Part shown: positions 52,086-61,168 of the stretch, one piece after another
Layout: each line of letters begins with the position of its first letter
How positions within the stretch are numbered: the first letter of the stretch is position 1
NCBI GenBank assembly: GCA_965116905.1
Contig: OZ220732.1
Location: 2,336,001-2,400,000, forward strand
DNA: 64,000 bases
Direction: 5' to 3'
Origin: Longimicrobiales bacterium
Lineage (GTDB): Bacteria; Gemmatimonadota; Gemmatimonadetes; Longimicrobiales; Gaopeijiaceae
The notes under the pieces: model-generated
Seen by the model: the letters and a program-made list of their open reading frames with translations, nothing else
Databases searched by the model: none
Told to the model about the DNA's origin: nothing
Program-made: the position numbers and the translations under genes

Positions 52086-52364
52086 TCAGCCCCTCCAGAA
52101 GACGGTGAGGGGCGGCTCATCCGCGTCCAGCGGGAACTCCCGCAACTCGCGCTGTACGTTGATCATGTTGGCGAGCGCGGCGCGGAGCCGGTCGAGCTCT
52201 TCGGCCTCTTCGTAGATGCCCCGCGGGCCCTGGTGGTCGAGGAGGGTGCGGGCGGTCGCGGGGGAAACCTCGCCCGTGTCGGCCACCTCGCCGCACGCCT
52301 GCTGCCACAGCAGAGCCATGGCGCCGGCTCCCGCGGTGGCGAACTGCCGTCGGTCCATCGTCAT
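52086..52364 (-). CDS. Small Tat-signal protein, GatC/AtzG-like amidase partner
   Basis: MDRRQF twin-arginine motif, QQAC, helical core ending LREFPLDADEPPLTVF; 92 aa. Confidence 0.6.
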   Translation of the reverse strand: MTMDRRQFATAGAGAMALLWQQACGEVADTGEVSPATARTLLDHQGPRGIYEEAEELDRLRAALANMINVQRELREFPLDADEPPLTVFWRG

Positions 52365-52393
52365 CGGCCTTCCCTTTTCCACTCCGTTACCTT

Positions 52394-52457
52394 GATCCGG
52401 CCCATCACCGGTCCGGCCCATCACCGGTCCGGCCCATCACCGATCCGGCCCATCACC
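52394..52457. repeat. 16-bp tandem repeat GRTCCGGCCCATCACC x4 in divergent intergenic region
   Basis: Units at 52394, 52410, 52426 and 52442; no spacers. Confidence 0.92.
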
Positions 52458-52484
52458 GACAATCCGCCCAAACTAACGGGGATC

Positions 52485-53786
52485 GTGACAACCTTTCCAG
52501 CGAGTCCTGCCGAGACCCTCGACCCGGCGGCACTGCAGCGCCGGCAACTCAGCCGCCTGCGAGCCATGCTGGGGCCGCTCCTGGAGAGCAACGGCTTCTA
52601 CCGCGCGAAGCTGGGACGTGCCGGGATGACCGCCGCTGCCGACCTGGGCAGCATGGACGCGTACCGCCAGCTTCCCTTCACCACGAAGCGCGAGCTGACG
52701 GAGGATCAGGCTCACACCCCTCGCTACGGCACCCTGACGACCTACCCGCTGGAACGCTACGTCCAGGAACACCACACCTCCGGCACGTCCGGGCAGACCT
52801 TACGCTGGCTCGACACGTCGGAGAGTTGGGACTGGCATGCGGCGTGCTGGGGCCGGATCTTCCGGGCCGCCGGCGTTACCGCGGCCGAACGTATCTTCTT
52901 CCCGTTCTCGTTTGGCCCCTACCTCGGGACCTGGAGCGGTGTGGAGGGAGCCCGCCGAATCGGCGCCCTGATCCTCCCTGCCGGCGGCATGTCCTCTCTG
53001 GAGCGGGTGCGGGCGATCATGACGCATCGGCCCACCGTGCTCGTGTGCACGCCCGCGTACGCGCTGCGCATGGCCGAGGTCGCCGAAGACGCCGGCGTCG
53101 ACCTCGCCGGTTCCGCCTTGCGGGTGAACATCCACGCCGGAGAGCCGGGCGCCAGCATCCCGTCGACCAGGGCCCGATTGGAGGAAGCGTACGGCGCCAG
53201 GGTCTTCGACCACCCGGGATCGACGGAAGTCGGTCCGTGGGGCTTTGAATGTCAGGAACAGGACGGCGTCCACATCAACGAAGGCGAGTTCATCTGCGAG
53301 ATCGTGGACCCCGACACGGGCAATCCATCGCAAGAGGGCGAGCTCGTCTTCACCAACCTCGGACGCGTTGGCATGCCGGTCATCCGCTACCGGACGGGGG
53401 ACTGGGGGCGTCTGCACTCGAGACCGTGCGCATGCGGCAGCAACTTCCGTCGCCTGAAGGGAGGCGTCCTGGGTCGACTGGATCAGTTCCTGGAGGTCCA
53501 CGGTGTCGGCTTCTTCCCCAGCGAGATGGAGAACGTGATCCGCGGCTTCAGGCAAGTGCGGGAGTTCGCGGTGGATGTCCACCAAAGGAATGCCCGCGAC
53601 GAGATCGAAGTACGGGTGGAGTTGCGCAGCGGAGGCGCCACACGCCTGTTGTCACGGTTGCCCGAAGCGCTGCGGGACACCCTGGGGCTGCGCGCGAGCG
53701 TGGATACCGTCCCGGTGGGCACGCTCCCGCGGTTCCCGGTCAAGGCCCGCCGCTTCACCGACCACAGAACTCCGGCGGCCCGATAA
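52485..53786 (+). CDS. Phenylacetate-CoA ligase (PaaK-like) family adenylate-forming enzyme
   Basis: LPFTTK, HTSGTSG, AGEPG, GSTEVG, IRYRTGD, KARRFTD; GTG 52485. Confidence 0.88.
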   Translation: MTTFPASPAETLDPAALQRRQLSRLRAMLGPLLESNGFYRAKLGRAGMTAAADLGSMDAYRQLPFTTKRELTEDQAHTPRYGTLTTYPLERYVQEHHTSGTSGQTLRWLDTSESWDWHAACWGRIFRAAGVTAAERIFFPFSFGPYLGTWSGVEGARRIGALILPAGGMSSLERVRAIMTHRPTVLVCTPAYALRMAEVAEDAGVDLAGSALRVNIHAGEPGASIPSTRARLEEAYGARVFDHPGSTEVGPWGFECQEQDGVHINEGEFICEIVDPDTGNPSQEGELVFTNLGRVGMPVIRYRTGDWGRLHSRPCACGSNFRRLKGGVLGRLDQFLEVHGVGFFPSEMENVIRGFRQVREFAVDVHQRNARDEIEVRVELRSGGATRLLSRLPEALRDTLGLRASVDTVPVGTLPRFPVKARRFTDHRTPAAR

Positions 53787-53807
53787 CCGGTCGCCTTCTC
53801 GAACCCA

Positions 53808-54809
53808 ATGGCCACGACGATGCAAGCCCTCCACATCGAGCCCCTGCCAGAGTGGATCCGCGACCTCTTCGAACGCACCGCGCAACAAGCCGGCGTGGAG
53901 ATCACATGGGGCGGGGAACTGGACGGGCCCGAACTGGCCCGCGCCGCCGAGCGGATGGACGTGCTCATGACGGCCATGAGGCCTGTCGATGGCGACCTGA
54001 TCCGGGCTGCGAGGGCGCTGCGCCTGGTGCAGGTGCAGGGACGGGCGCCCTGGGCGGTGGACGCGGAAGCCGCGGCCGCCGCGGGTGTGCGGGTTTCGAT
54101 GCTCCCGCACAGGGGCGCGATCGCGGTTGCCGAGCAGACCATCGCGCTCATGCTCGGCCTCTACCGCAAGCTGGTTCCGGGCCATTTGGGCACCCGAAAC
54201 GCGGACTACAGGGATCTCGAGGTCGAGCCGGTCCGCACGACGGAACGGAAGATCGCGTTCAACTGGCTGCGCTACCCCGATGTCCACCAGCTGCACGGCC
54301 GCGTGCTCGGCCTGGTGGGGCTGGGAGGCATCGGCCTCGAAGTGGTGCGCCGCGCCCGCGCGTTCGATATGGAGGTCGTGTACTTCAAGCGCTCGCCGCT
54401 GCCGCGAGAGCACGAGCGGATGGCGGGTGTGCGGTATCTCCCTCTGCATGAACTGCTCGCCGCGAGCGACATCGTGAGCCTGCACGCGCCCCACACGGAG
54501 CACACCGAGCACATGATCGACAGCGCGGCGCTACGCTCCATGAAGCGCGACGCCATTCTGGTCAACACCGCACGCGGCGGACTCGTCGACGAAGCCGCAC
54601 TCCTCGACGCGCTCAAAGCGGGGCAGATTGCGGGCGCCGGGCTGGACGTGTTCGTCGACGAACCGCTGCCCGAGGACAGCCCGCTGCGCGACGCGCCCAA
54701 CGTGCTCTTCTCGCCGCATGTGGGCGGAGGCACCGGGGGCGGCCAGGCTGGCATGGCCAGGGACGTGGTGGCTAACCTCGTAGCAACCGCATCGACAGGA
54801 ATCCCATGA
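53808..54809 (+). CDS. D-isomer-specific 2-hydroxyacid dehydrogenase
   Basis: GLVGLGGIG, SLHAP, VNTARG, LDVFVDEP, SPHVGG. Confidence 0.9.
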   Translation: MATTMQALHIEPLPEWIRDLFERTAQQAGVEITWGGELDGPELARAAERMDVLMTAMRPVDGDLIRAARALRLVQVQGRAPWAVDAEAAAAAGVRVSMLPHRGAIAVAEQTIALMLGLYRKLVPGHLGTRNADYRDLEVEPVRTTERKIAFNWLRYPDVHQLHGRVLGLVGLGGIGLEVVRRARAFDMEVVYFKRSPLPREHERMAGVRYLPLHELLAASDIVSLHAPHTEHTEHMIDSAALRSMKRDAILVNTARGGLVDEAALLDALKAGQIAGAGLDVFVDEPLPEDSPLRDAPNVLFSPHVGGGTGGGQAGMARDVVANLVATASTGIP

Positions 54810-56035
54810 TACGAGAACCGGTCCTGGTCCTGGCGTTCATGCTGGCCGTGGTGGCCTTTGCGCGCTGGCTTGAGGAGCGCTACGAGCCGATCAGGAAGAT
54901 CAGTTCCGCAGTGGTGTGCACGCTGCTAGGGATCACGCTCGCCAATGTGGGTGTGATCGAGCACACGGGGTCGGCGCACGAGGGCGTGTTCACTTTCGCG
55001 ATCCCCTACGCGATCGTGCTCGTGATCATGGGGACGCACATGAAGGAACTGGCCCATGCGGGGCGGCCGCTGCTGATCGCCTACCTGGTGGCCTGCGGCG
55101 GCAGTTTGGTCGGAGGTGCGGTGGCGGGCGCGACCATGGCTGGGTGGGTGGGTCCGGAGACCTGGAAGCTGGCCGGGGCGTTCTCGGCGGCCTTCGCGGG
55201 CGGCGGGATGAACTTCGCGGCCGTTGGGCAGGGGCTCGAGGTCGAGCCGAGCACCTTCGCCGCCGCGGCCCTCGCCGACAACATGTCAACGGTGCCGTAT
55301 CTGCTGCTGCAGGTGTGGCTGGCCGGGGTGCTGGCCGCAATGTTCCTGCGCCGCTGCGGTCCGGGTCGGGCTGCGGCTTCGTCCGGCGGCACCGGCGCAG
55401 AGAATGACCGGGAGCCGGACGAAGAGGCGATGCGTCGCCGCTGGACCGATACGGACATCAGCATCACCGACTTTGCCGTTCTCGGTGCGCTCCCTCTTGC
55501 GGCCCTGTGGGTGGCGCGCCTTGTCAGCGATGCCTTCGGCGCGGCACTTGCCACCATGCCGGAAGCCGCGCCGCTGTACGGACTGGTGGGCTTCCTGAGC
55601 GAGGTGCCGGAGGTCCTGTGGCTCACCACCATCGCGCTCATCGTGGCCCAGCTACCGTGGGTCCGGAAGCTGCGGGGCGCCGAAGTGCTCTCCTATTTCG
55701 CGCTGCACATCTTCTTCATCGCGCTGGGAGCGGCCTCCGATCTGGCGACGGTAGTCGACGCCGGCCTGCCCATCTTCAGCTTCATGATCGTGATCATCGG
55801 CATTCACGTCGTCCTTGCGTACGGGCTGGGGTGGCTGTTCCGTATCGACCTGCCTACGGTCTCCATCGCCAGCCAGGCGGCGATCGGCGGTCCCGGATCC
55901 GCGCTTGCGATCGGAATGGCGATGAAGTGGCACAGGCTGGTGGCGCCGGCAGTGATCGTCGGGATCTTCGGGTACGCGCTGGGGAACTACCTGGGCTTTG
56001 CGTGCGCCCGATTCGTAAACGCGCTCCTGGGCTGA
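54806..56035 (+). CDS. DUF819 family membrane protein (second paralog)
   Basis: AGGGMNFAAV and ASQAAIGGPGSA motifs; many TMs. Confidence 0.85.
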   Translation: MIREPVLVLAFMLAVVAFARWLEERYEPIRKISSAVVCTLLGITLANVGVIEHTGSAHEGVFTFAIPYAIVLVIMGTHMKELAHAGRPLLIAYLVACGGSLVGGAVAGATMAGWVGPETWKLAGAFSAAFAGGGMNFAAVGQGLEVEPSTFAAAALADNMSTVPYLLLQVWLAGVLAAMFLRRCGPGRAAASSGGTGAENDREPDEEAMRRRWTDTDISITDFAVLGALPLAALWVARLVSDAFGAALATMPEAAPLYGLVGFLSEVPEVLWLTTIALIVAQLPWVRKLRGAEVLSYFALHIFFIALGAASDLATVVDAGLPIFSFMIVIIGIHVVLAYGLGWLFRIDLPTVSIASQAAIGGPGSALAIGMAMKWHRLVAPAVIVGIFGYALGNYLGFACARFVNALLG

Positions 56036-56036
56036 C

Positions 56037-56849
56037 GTGAGACTCAAGGGCATCGACGCCCTCGTCACGGGAGCCGGGCGCGGGCTGGGCAGCGGCATCG
56101 CTGCCGCGCTTGCGGCGGCGGGTGCGCGAGTTTGGCTGGCGGCGGAGGTGCCGGAAGAACTCGATTGGACCGCGACGCGGATTCGCGATGCCGGCGGGCG
56201 GGCGGAGGTCTGCGTGGCCGACCTGGCACGCGAAACCGAACGCGACCGCCTGGCGCGACGGGTCACCCGCGAAGCCGACAACCTGCGCGTGATCGTCAAC
56301 AACGCCGCGATACTGGAGCGGCAGCCGCTGGAAGCGGTGGACCAAGAGCACTGGGACCGAACCATGCGCGTGAACCTCGAAGCGCCGGTCTTCCTGACGC
56401 GCGACCTGCTGCCCGTGCTGCAGCGCCGCGGTGGGTCGGTGATCAATGTGTCGTCGCGTGCGGGCGTCGAGGGCTTCCCCGCACAGATCGCGTACTGCGC
56501 GTCCAAGTTCGGGATCGAGGCGTTCACCCGCTGCCTGGCCCTGGAGCTGGCCGGGTCGAGCGTCAGCGTGAACGCGGTCACTCCCGGCATCCATCTCAAG
56601 CCGACCTCGCTTTTGCGGCGCGATGCGGAGGCAGCCGACGCCGCCACCCGGGCGCGCTGGGAAGACCCCGCGATCCTCGGTCCCGCGTTTGTCTTCCTGG
56701 CGGGACTGCGCGGCGAGGTCAGCGGGTGCCGCTTCGACGCGCATGTGCTCACGCAGGCGTTGCAGGAGTCGGGCCCGGACGGAGTCGTCGACCGCGCGAA
56801 CGAGGTGGCGCACGAGGTGGCCGAGCACGTGCAGGAGAGCGTGCCTTGA
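56037..56849 (+). CDS. Short-chain dehydrogenase/reductase
   Basis: TGAGRGLG, VNNAA, NVSS, YCASK. Confidence 0.9.
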   Translation: MRLKGIDALVTGAGRGLGSGIAAALAAAGARVWLAAEVPEELDWTATRIRDAGGRAEVCVADLARETERDRLARRVTREADNLRVIVNNAAILERQPLEAVDQEHWDRTMRVNLEAPVFLTRDLLPVLQRRGGSVINVSSRAGVEGFPAQIAYCASKFGIEAFTRCLALELAGSSVSVNAVTPGIHLKPTSLLRRDAEAADAATRARWEDPAILGPAFVFLAGLRGEVSGCRFDAHVLTQALQESGPDGVVDRANEVAHEVAEHVQESVP

Positions 56850-57496
56850 AGATCGAGGCCGCGCTGTCCTCTCGGGCACGTGCCGCGCTGGAGGAAGGGC
56901 GCCCGAGCGTCGACGGCGTCCCGGCCATCGCGGTGGCTCCGCCGGCCGCGCCGGCACCCGGGCTGCTGGACAGCTTGCGCCACCACCTGCTTGAGGGCGA
57001 AACCCATTATCCGGATCGCCCGGGTATGGCCGAACTGCGCCGTCTCGTCGGCAACGCCCTCCCGAATGTCGGCTATGCGGCACGGGGCCCGGACGGCGTC
57101 CTGATTACTGCCGGCGAAGGCGAGTCGCTGTTCGTGACGCTGCTCGCCGTGGGACCGGACGCCGAGGTCCACCTTCTCGGAGGCGCGAATGACCACGGTC
57201 CCCTGCGGCGGTGGATGAACGCTCGCGACAAGGGAGGAGCCACCGTTCACGCCCTCGGCGACCGGCTGTTCGCGGCCGGCGCGGCACCGGGCGACCGTCT
57301 GGACAACCCCGGCGACCACGCCATCGTGATCGGGTCCCTGGACGGCCTGGTCGCCATGCGCCCCTTCCGTCTCGGCTTCGTGGCGGCGCCGCCGGACACC
57401 CTGCAAGGAATCACGAAGTGGAAGCAGGCGTCGTCGATCTGCTCGCCCGCGCCCTCGCAACGGGCGGCGCTGTGGGCGCTGGGGGTGCGACCGTGA
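56846..57496 (+). CDS. Truncated, catalytically dead class I aminotransferase-like protein
   Basis: Retains ETHYPDRPGMAELR, ITAGEGESL, FRLGFV, KQASSICSPAPSQRAAL. Lacks NPxNP, DEIY, the PLP lysine and the C-terminal domain. TTG start overlaps the upstream stop. Confidence 0.7.
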   Translation: MKIEAALSSRARAALEEGRPSVDGVPAIAVAPPAAPAPGLLDSLRHHLLEGETHYPDRPGMAELRRLVGNALPNVGYAARGPDGVLITAGEGESLFVTLLAVGPDAEVHLLGGANDHGPLRRWMNARDKGGATVHALGDRLFAAGAAPGDRLDNPGDHAIVIGSLDGLVAMRPFRLGFVAAPPDTLQGITKWKQASSICSPAPSQRAALWALGVRP

Positions 57497-58677
57497 CGGC
57501 GGCACAGAAGGGCTCGGCGGCGTTGCGCAAGGGCGAGCGCGGGACCTCGCTCCGCTACCGCATGATGGCGCTGGCCCGAACGCGTGAAGACGTGATCTCA
57601 CTCGGTCGCGGCGATCCCGACATCGACACGTCCGCGGCCATCGTGGAAGGAGGACTCGCTCGGTTCGCGGAGACTGCGGACATTGGCGCCGGCCCCGTCC
57701 GCGGACTCGCCGCGCTGAGACATGGCATCGCCCGCCGCTACGCAAATGAACGGGGCATCGCAATCGACCCGGACCGCGAGATCGCCATCACCAACGGCGC
57801 GCAGGAGGGACTTTTCCTTGCCATGCTGGCGATGGTCGATCCGGGCGACAGGGTCGCGTGTCAGGATCCTCGCTACAGCTCCTACGACCAGGCGATCGGT
57901 GTCGCGGGGGGAGAGATCGTCCCGGTTCCGACCGGGGGCGATCGACCGTTCCTGCTGGGAGCCGATGAGCTGCGCGAACATGCCCGAAGCGCGAAGATGC
58001 TGGTCTTCGTCAACCCCTCCAATCCCACCGGCGCCTGCGTGGACGGAGAAGGAGTCGAGGCCCTCGCCCGTGCCGCCGCCGACCTGGACCTGCTCGTCCT
58101 TTCCGACGAGATCTACGAGGACGTGGTGTTCAACGAAACGCCCTTCCGCTCGTTTCTCGCGCCCGATGGCGCGCGCGACCGATCCGTCGTGCTTTCCGGC
58201 TTCTCCAAGGCCTATGCGATGACCGGCTTCCGTGTAGGCTATCTGGTCGGACCACCGGCGTTCATCGACGCGGTGGAGGCGCTCAAGAGCACGACTTCCG
58301 GGGCCTGTCCGGTGTTTTCCCAGTGTGCCGCACTCGCCGCGCTCGAGGCGGATCCGGATCCGCGGCCTGCGTACCTGGCACGCTATCGGGCGAGACGCCA
58401 GGCGCTTCTCGACGGTTTCGCGAGGATCGCAGTCCCGCACGGTCCGCACGGTGGCGGCCTGTTCATGTGGGCGGACATATCGCGCTTCCGCATGGATGCG
58501 GAGACCTTCTGCTATCGCCTGCTGGACGAAGCGGGCGTGCTCATGTTCCCCGGCAACGCCTTCGGCCGGCGCTGGCGCGGGTGGGTGCGCGTGTCCCTGT
58601 TGGCTCCGGAGGCGCACATTCGCGAGGCGATGGACCGGATCGAAGAATTCACGGGCGGCCTGGTGGCGGGAGACTGA
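57493..58677 (+). CDS. Class I/II PLP aminotransferase lacking the trans-acting Tyr
   Basis: [42 protein letters not shown] overlap with upstream gene. Confidence 0.9.
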   Translation: MTAAQKGSAALRKGERGTSLRYRMMALARTREDVISLGRGDPDIDTSAAIVEGGLARFAETADIGAGPVRGLAALRHGIARRYANERGIAIDPDREIAITNGAQEGLFLAMLAMVDPGDRVACQDPRYSSYDQAIGVAGGEIVPVPTGGDRPFLLGADELREHARSAKMLVFVNPSNPTGACVDGEGVEALARAAADLDLLVLSDEIYEDVVFNETPFRSFLAPDGARDRSVVLSGFSKAYAMTGFRVGYLVGPPAFIDAVEALKSTTSGACPVFSQCAALAALEADPDPRPAYLARYRARRQALLDGFARIAVPHGPHGGGLFMWADISRFRMDAETFCYRLLDEAGVLMFPGNAFGRRWRGWVRVSLLAPEAHIREAMDRIEEFTGGLVAGD

Positions 58678-58767
58678 CGGCACTCGCTATGATGCCCCGC
58701 GCCGCCGCGATACCAGGACCCGAACAGCCAGAGGAACCGACGTGACACTCAGGAGCCACCGGGGGTT

Positions 58768-60183
58768 GTGAGCGAGTTGCTGATCGCCGGGGGCACGGTC
58801 GTCACCGCGGACCGCATGGAGCGGGCCGACGTGCTTGTCCGTGACGGCCGGATTGCGGCGGTCGCGCCGAACCTCGCCGAGGGCGACCCATCCAGCCATG
58901 GCGCCGCCCGCATCGTCGACGCGCGCGGCCACTGGGTCATGCCCGGCGGCATCGATACGCACACCCACCTCGCCCACCCGATCGACCGCCTGGGAATCAA
59001 CACCGCCGACGACTTCTTCACGGGTACCGTAGCCGGCGCGTGCGGCGGCGTCACCGCGATCATCGACTTCTCCCTCCAGCGTCGCGGCGAATCGATGCTC
59101 TACGCCCGGGACCGCCGCCTCGCCGAAATCGAGCCCGACGCCATCATCGACTACGGCTTCCACACGATTGTCACGGATGTACGTGACGATGTGATGACCG
59201 AAATCCCTGCCCTGATTGACGATGGATTCCCGTCGTTCAAGATTTACATGACCTATGGGGACAAGATCGTCGACGACGCGGGTCTGATCAGGCTGCTCGA
59301 GGCCACCGGGGCCAACGGGGGCCTCGTCTACGTGCACTGCGAAAACGACTGCGCGGTCACCCACATGATCGAGCGGCACCTGTCGGCCGACAAGACCGGG
59401 CCGGCGTATCACGCCCCCAGCCGCCCGCCCGAGGTCGAGTCGGAGGCCACGCACCGCGCGATCATGCTGGCCGGTCTGGCGGGAGCGCCGCTGTGTATCG
59501 CGCACGTGACGTCGGCGGGGGCCGCGCGGCACGTCGCCGACGCTCGGGCCCAGGCCCAGCCGGTTGCGGCCGAGACCTGTCCGCAGTACCTGGTCCTCGA
59601 CGACTCGGTCTACGACCCCGACGGGGGGTTCGAGGTCGCCAAGTTCGTCTGCAGTCCCCCGATGCGCGCCGCCGAACACCGCGACGTCCTCTGGGAGGCG
59701 CTGGCCGCCGGCTCAGTCCAGCAGGTGTCCTCGGACCACGCCCCGTTCCGCTATCACGACCAGAAGACGACCGGGCGCGGCGACTTCACGCGTATCCCCA
59801 ACGGCCTGCCCGGCATCGAGACCCGGCTGCCGCTGCTGTTTGCCTACGGCGTGAAGACCGGCCGTCTGTCGCCGCAACAGTTTGTCGCGGTCACGGCCAC
59901 CAACCCGGCGCGCATTTTCGGCCTCCATCCCCGCAAGGGAACGCTTGACGTCGGCGCGGATGCGGATCTGATCGTCGTGGACCCTGCCGCGGAGGTCGCA
60001 ATCGATGCGGCCGGACTCCACTCGGCCGTCGACTACAGCCCTTACCAGGGAATGAAGGCGTGCTTCCCCACCTGGACCTTCTCGCGCGGCGAAGCGATCG
60101 TGGAGCGCGGCGAGCCCGTGGCGCAGCGGGGAAGGGGACGGCTGGCCGAGCGCGGGACGATCAACCCCGCGGCGCTTCCCTGA
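58768..60183 (+). CDS. hydA: Dihydropyrimidinase / D-hydantoinase
   Basis: PGGIDTHTH, SFKIYMTY, VHCEN, AETCPQY, CSPP, SSDH, IPNGLPGIE. Confidence 0.9.
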   Translation: MSELLIAGGTVVTADRMERADVLVRDGRIAAVAPNLAEGDPSSHGAARIVDARGHWVMPGGIDTHTHLAHPIDRLGINTADDFFTGTVAGACGGVTAIIDFSLQRRGESMLYARDRRLAEIEPDAIIDYGFHTIVTDVRDDVMTEIPALIDDGFPSFKIYMTYGDKIVDDAGLIRLLEATGANGGLVYVHCENDCAVTHMIERHLSADKTGPAYHAPSRPPEVESEATHRAIMLAGLAGAPLCIAHVTSAGAARHVADARAQAQPVAAETCPQYLVLDDSVYDPDGGFEVAKFVCSPPMRAAEHRDVLWEALAAGSVQQVSSDHAPFRYHDQKTTGRGDFTRIPNGLPGIETRLPLLFAYGVKTGRLSPQQFVAVTATNPARIFGLHPRKGTLDVGADADLIVVDPAAEVAIDAAGLHSAVDYSPYQGMKACFPTWTFSRGEAIVERGEPVAQRGRGRLAERGTINPAALP

Positions 60184-61168
60184 CCTCCCGCACCTCCTCG
60201 ATGATCCCGAAGAAGCAGCACCACTCGCCCGCGAGCACCGCCGGGCGGGACCGCAGCCCGAACACGACCCCGTCGACGGGCGCGACCACCTCCGCCTGCA
60301 CCTCGCCGTAGAGGTCGTAGACGCGCCCAAGCGGTGTGCCGGCCGGAATCTCCGTCTCGAACGGCACGTCCGCGCTGCCGACCCACATGCCGGAGGCAGG
60401 AGCCAGCAGCGCCCGCTGGTGGCCCATCCGCAGGCGCCCCGCGTACCGCGCCTCGCCGTCAAGCATGGCGTAGTGCCGCATGACGTTCACATAGCTTCCC
60501 GCCAAATCCTCGGCCACCGCGTGAAAGTCCGCAGTCAGCGTGCGACAGTTGCCGCCGAGTTCGACCGTGATCCCCGCCTTGCCGAGTTCCGCGATCTTCG
60601 AAGAGGGGTTGGCGCCGCCTACGCCGCTCCGAAAGACCAGGTCCCACTGAGGGCCCATCGCCGCGGCGAGCTCGAGACTGGGCGGGTTGTCGGCCGCGAA
60701 GATCATGTGCGCCAGGTACGAGTGCTCGCCGCCGGAGTGGATCGCGATCTGCAGGTCGCAGGCGTCGCGCATCGCACCCCAGTGCGCCCACGCCGCGCGC
60801 TCGGTGGGATAGCCGTCGGCGCGGCCGGGATAGATCCGGTTCATGTCGTGCGAAAAGGTGTCGAGCGGATCGCCGCGCTTGCCGGCCACGAACGCGGGCA
60901 CGTTCATCGCCGGCACGCCGACCACCGTGCCCCGCAACGCCTTCGGATCCAGGTCCTCGAAGAGCTTGAAGATCGACAGCGCGCCTTCGGGCTCGTCGCC
61001 ATGGGTTGCTCCGTTTATCCAGAGGACAGGACCGTCCGACTCACCCCGGCAGACCAGGACCGGGATCTCGCTCGTCCGTCCGGTGGGGTCGATGCCCACC
61101 GGGATCGCGCCCTTGGCGTGCGTACCGTGCGCCGCGGTTGCCGTCCCGACCCGGAACGCCGGCCTCAT
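60161..61168 (-). CDS. Succinylglutamate desuccinylase/aspartoacylase (M14) family deacylase
   Basis: THGDE, DMNRIYPG, IHSG, TVELGG, C-terminal barrel-sandwich hybrid (VVAPVDG). Confidence 0.88.
   Translation of the reverse strand: MRPAFRVGTATAAHGTHAKGAIPVGIDPTGRTSEIPVLVCRGESDGPVLWINGATHGDEPEGALSIFKLFEDLDPKALRGTVVGVPAMNVPAFVAGKRGDPLDTFSHDMNRIYPGRADGYPTERAAWAHWGAMRDACDLQIAIHSGGEHSYLAHMIFAADNPPSLELAAAMGPQWDLVFRSGVGGANPSSKIAELGKAGITVELGGNCRTLTADFHAVAEDLAGSYVNVMRHYAMLDGEARYAGRLRMGHQRALLAPASGMWVGSADVPFETEIPAGTPLGRVYDLYGEVQAEVVAPVDGVVFGLRSRPAVLAGEWCCFFGIIEEVREVREAPRG

Noticed and set aside
52080..52091. Selenocysteine or programmed readthrough at the in-frame TGA before the amidase
   Set aside because: The position is a non-catalytic linker, no evident SECIS, and the amidase has its own RBS.
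52394..52457. Possible CRISPR array (also 36830-36899 and 15541-15690)
   Set aside because: Units are directly adjacent without unique spacers, too short, and no cas genes are present.
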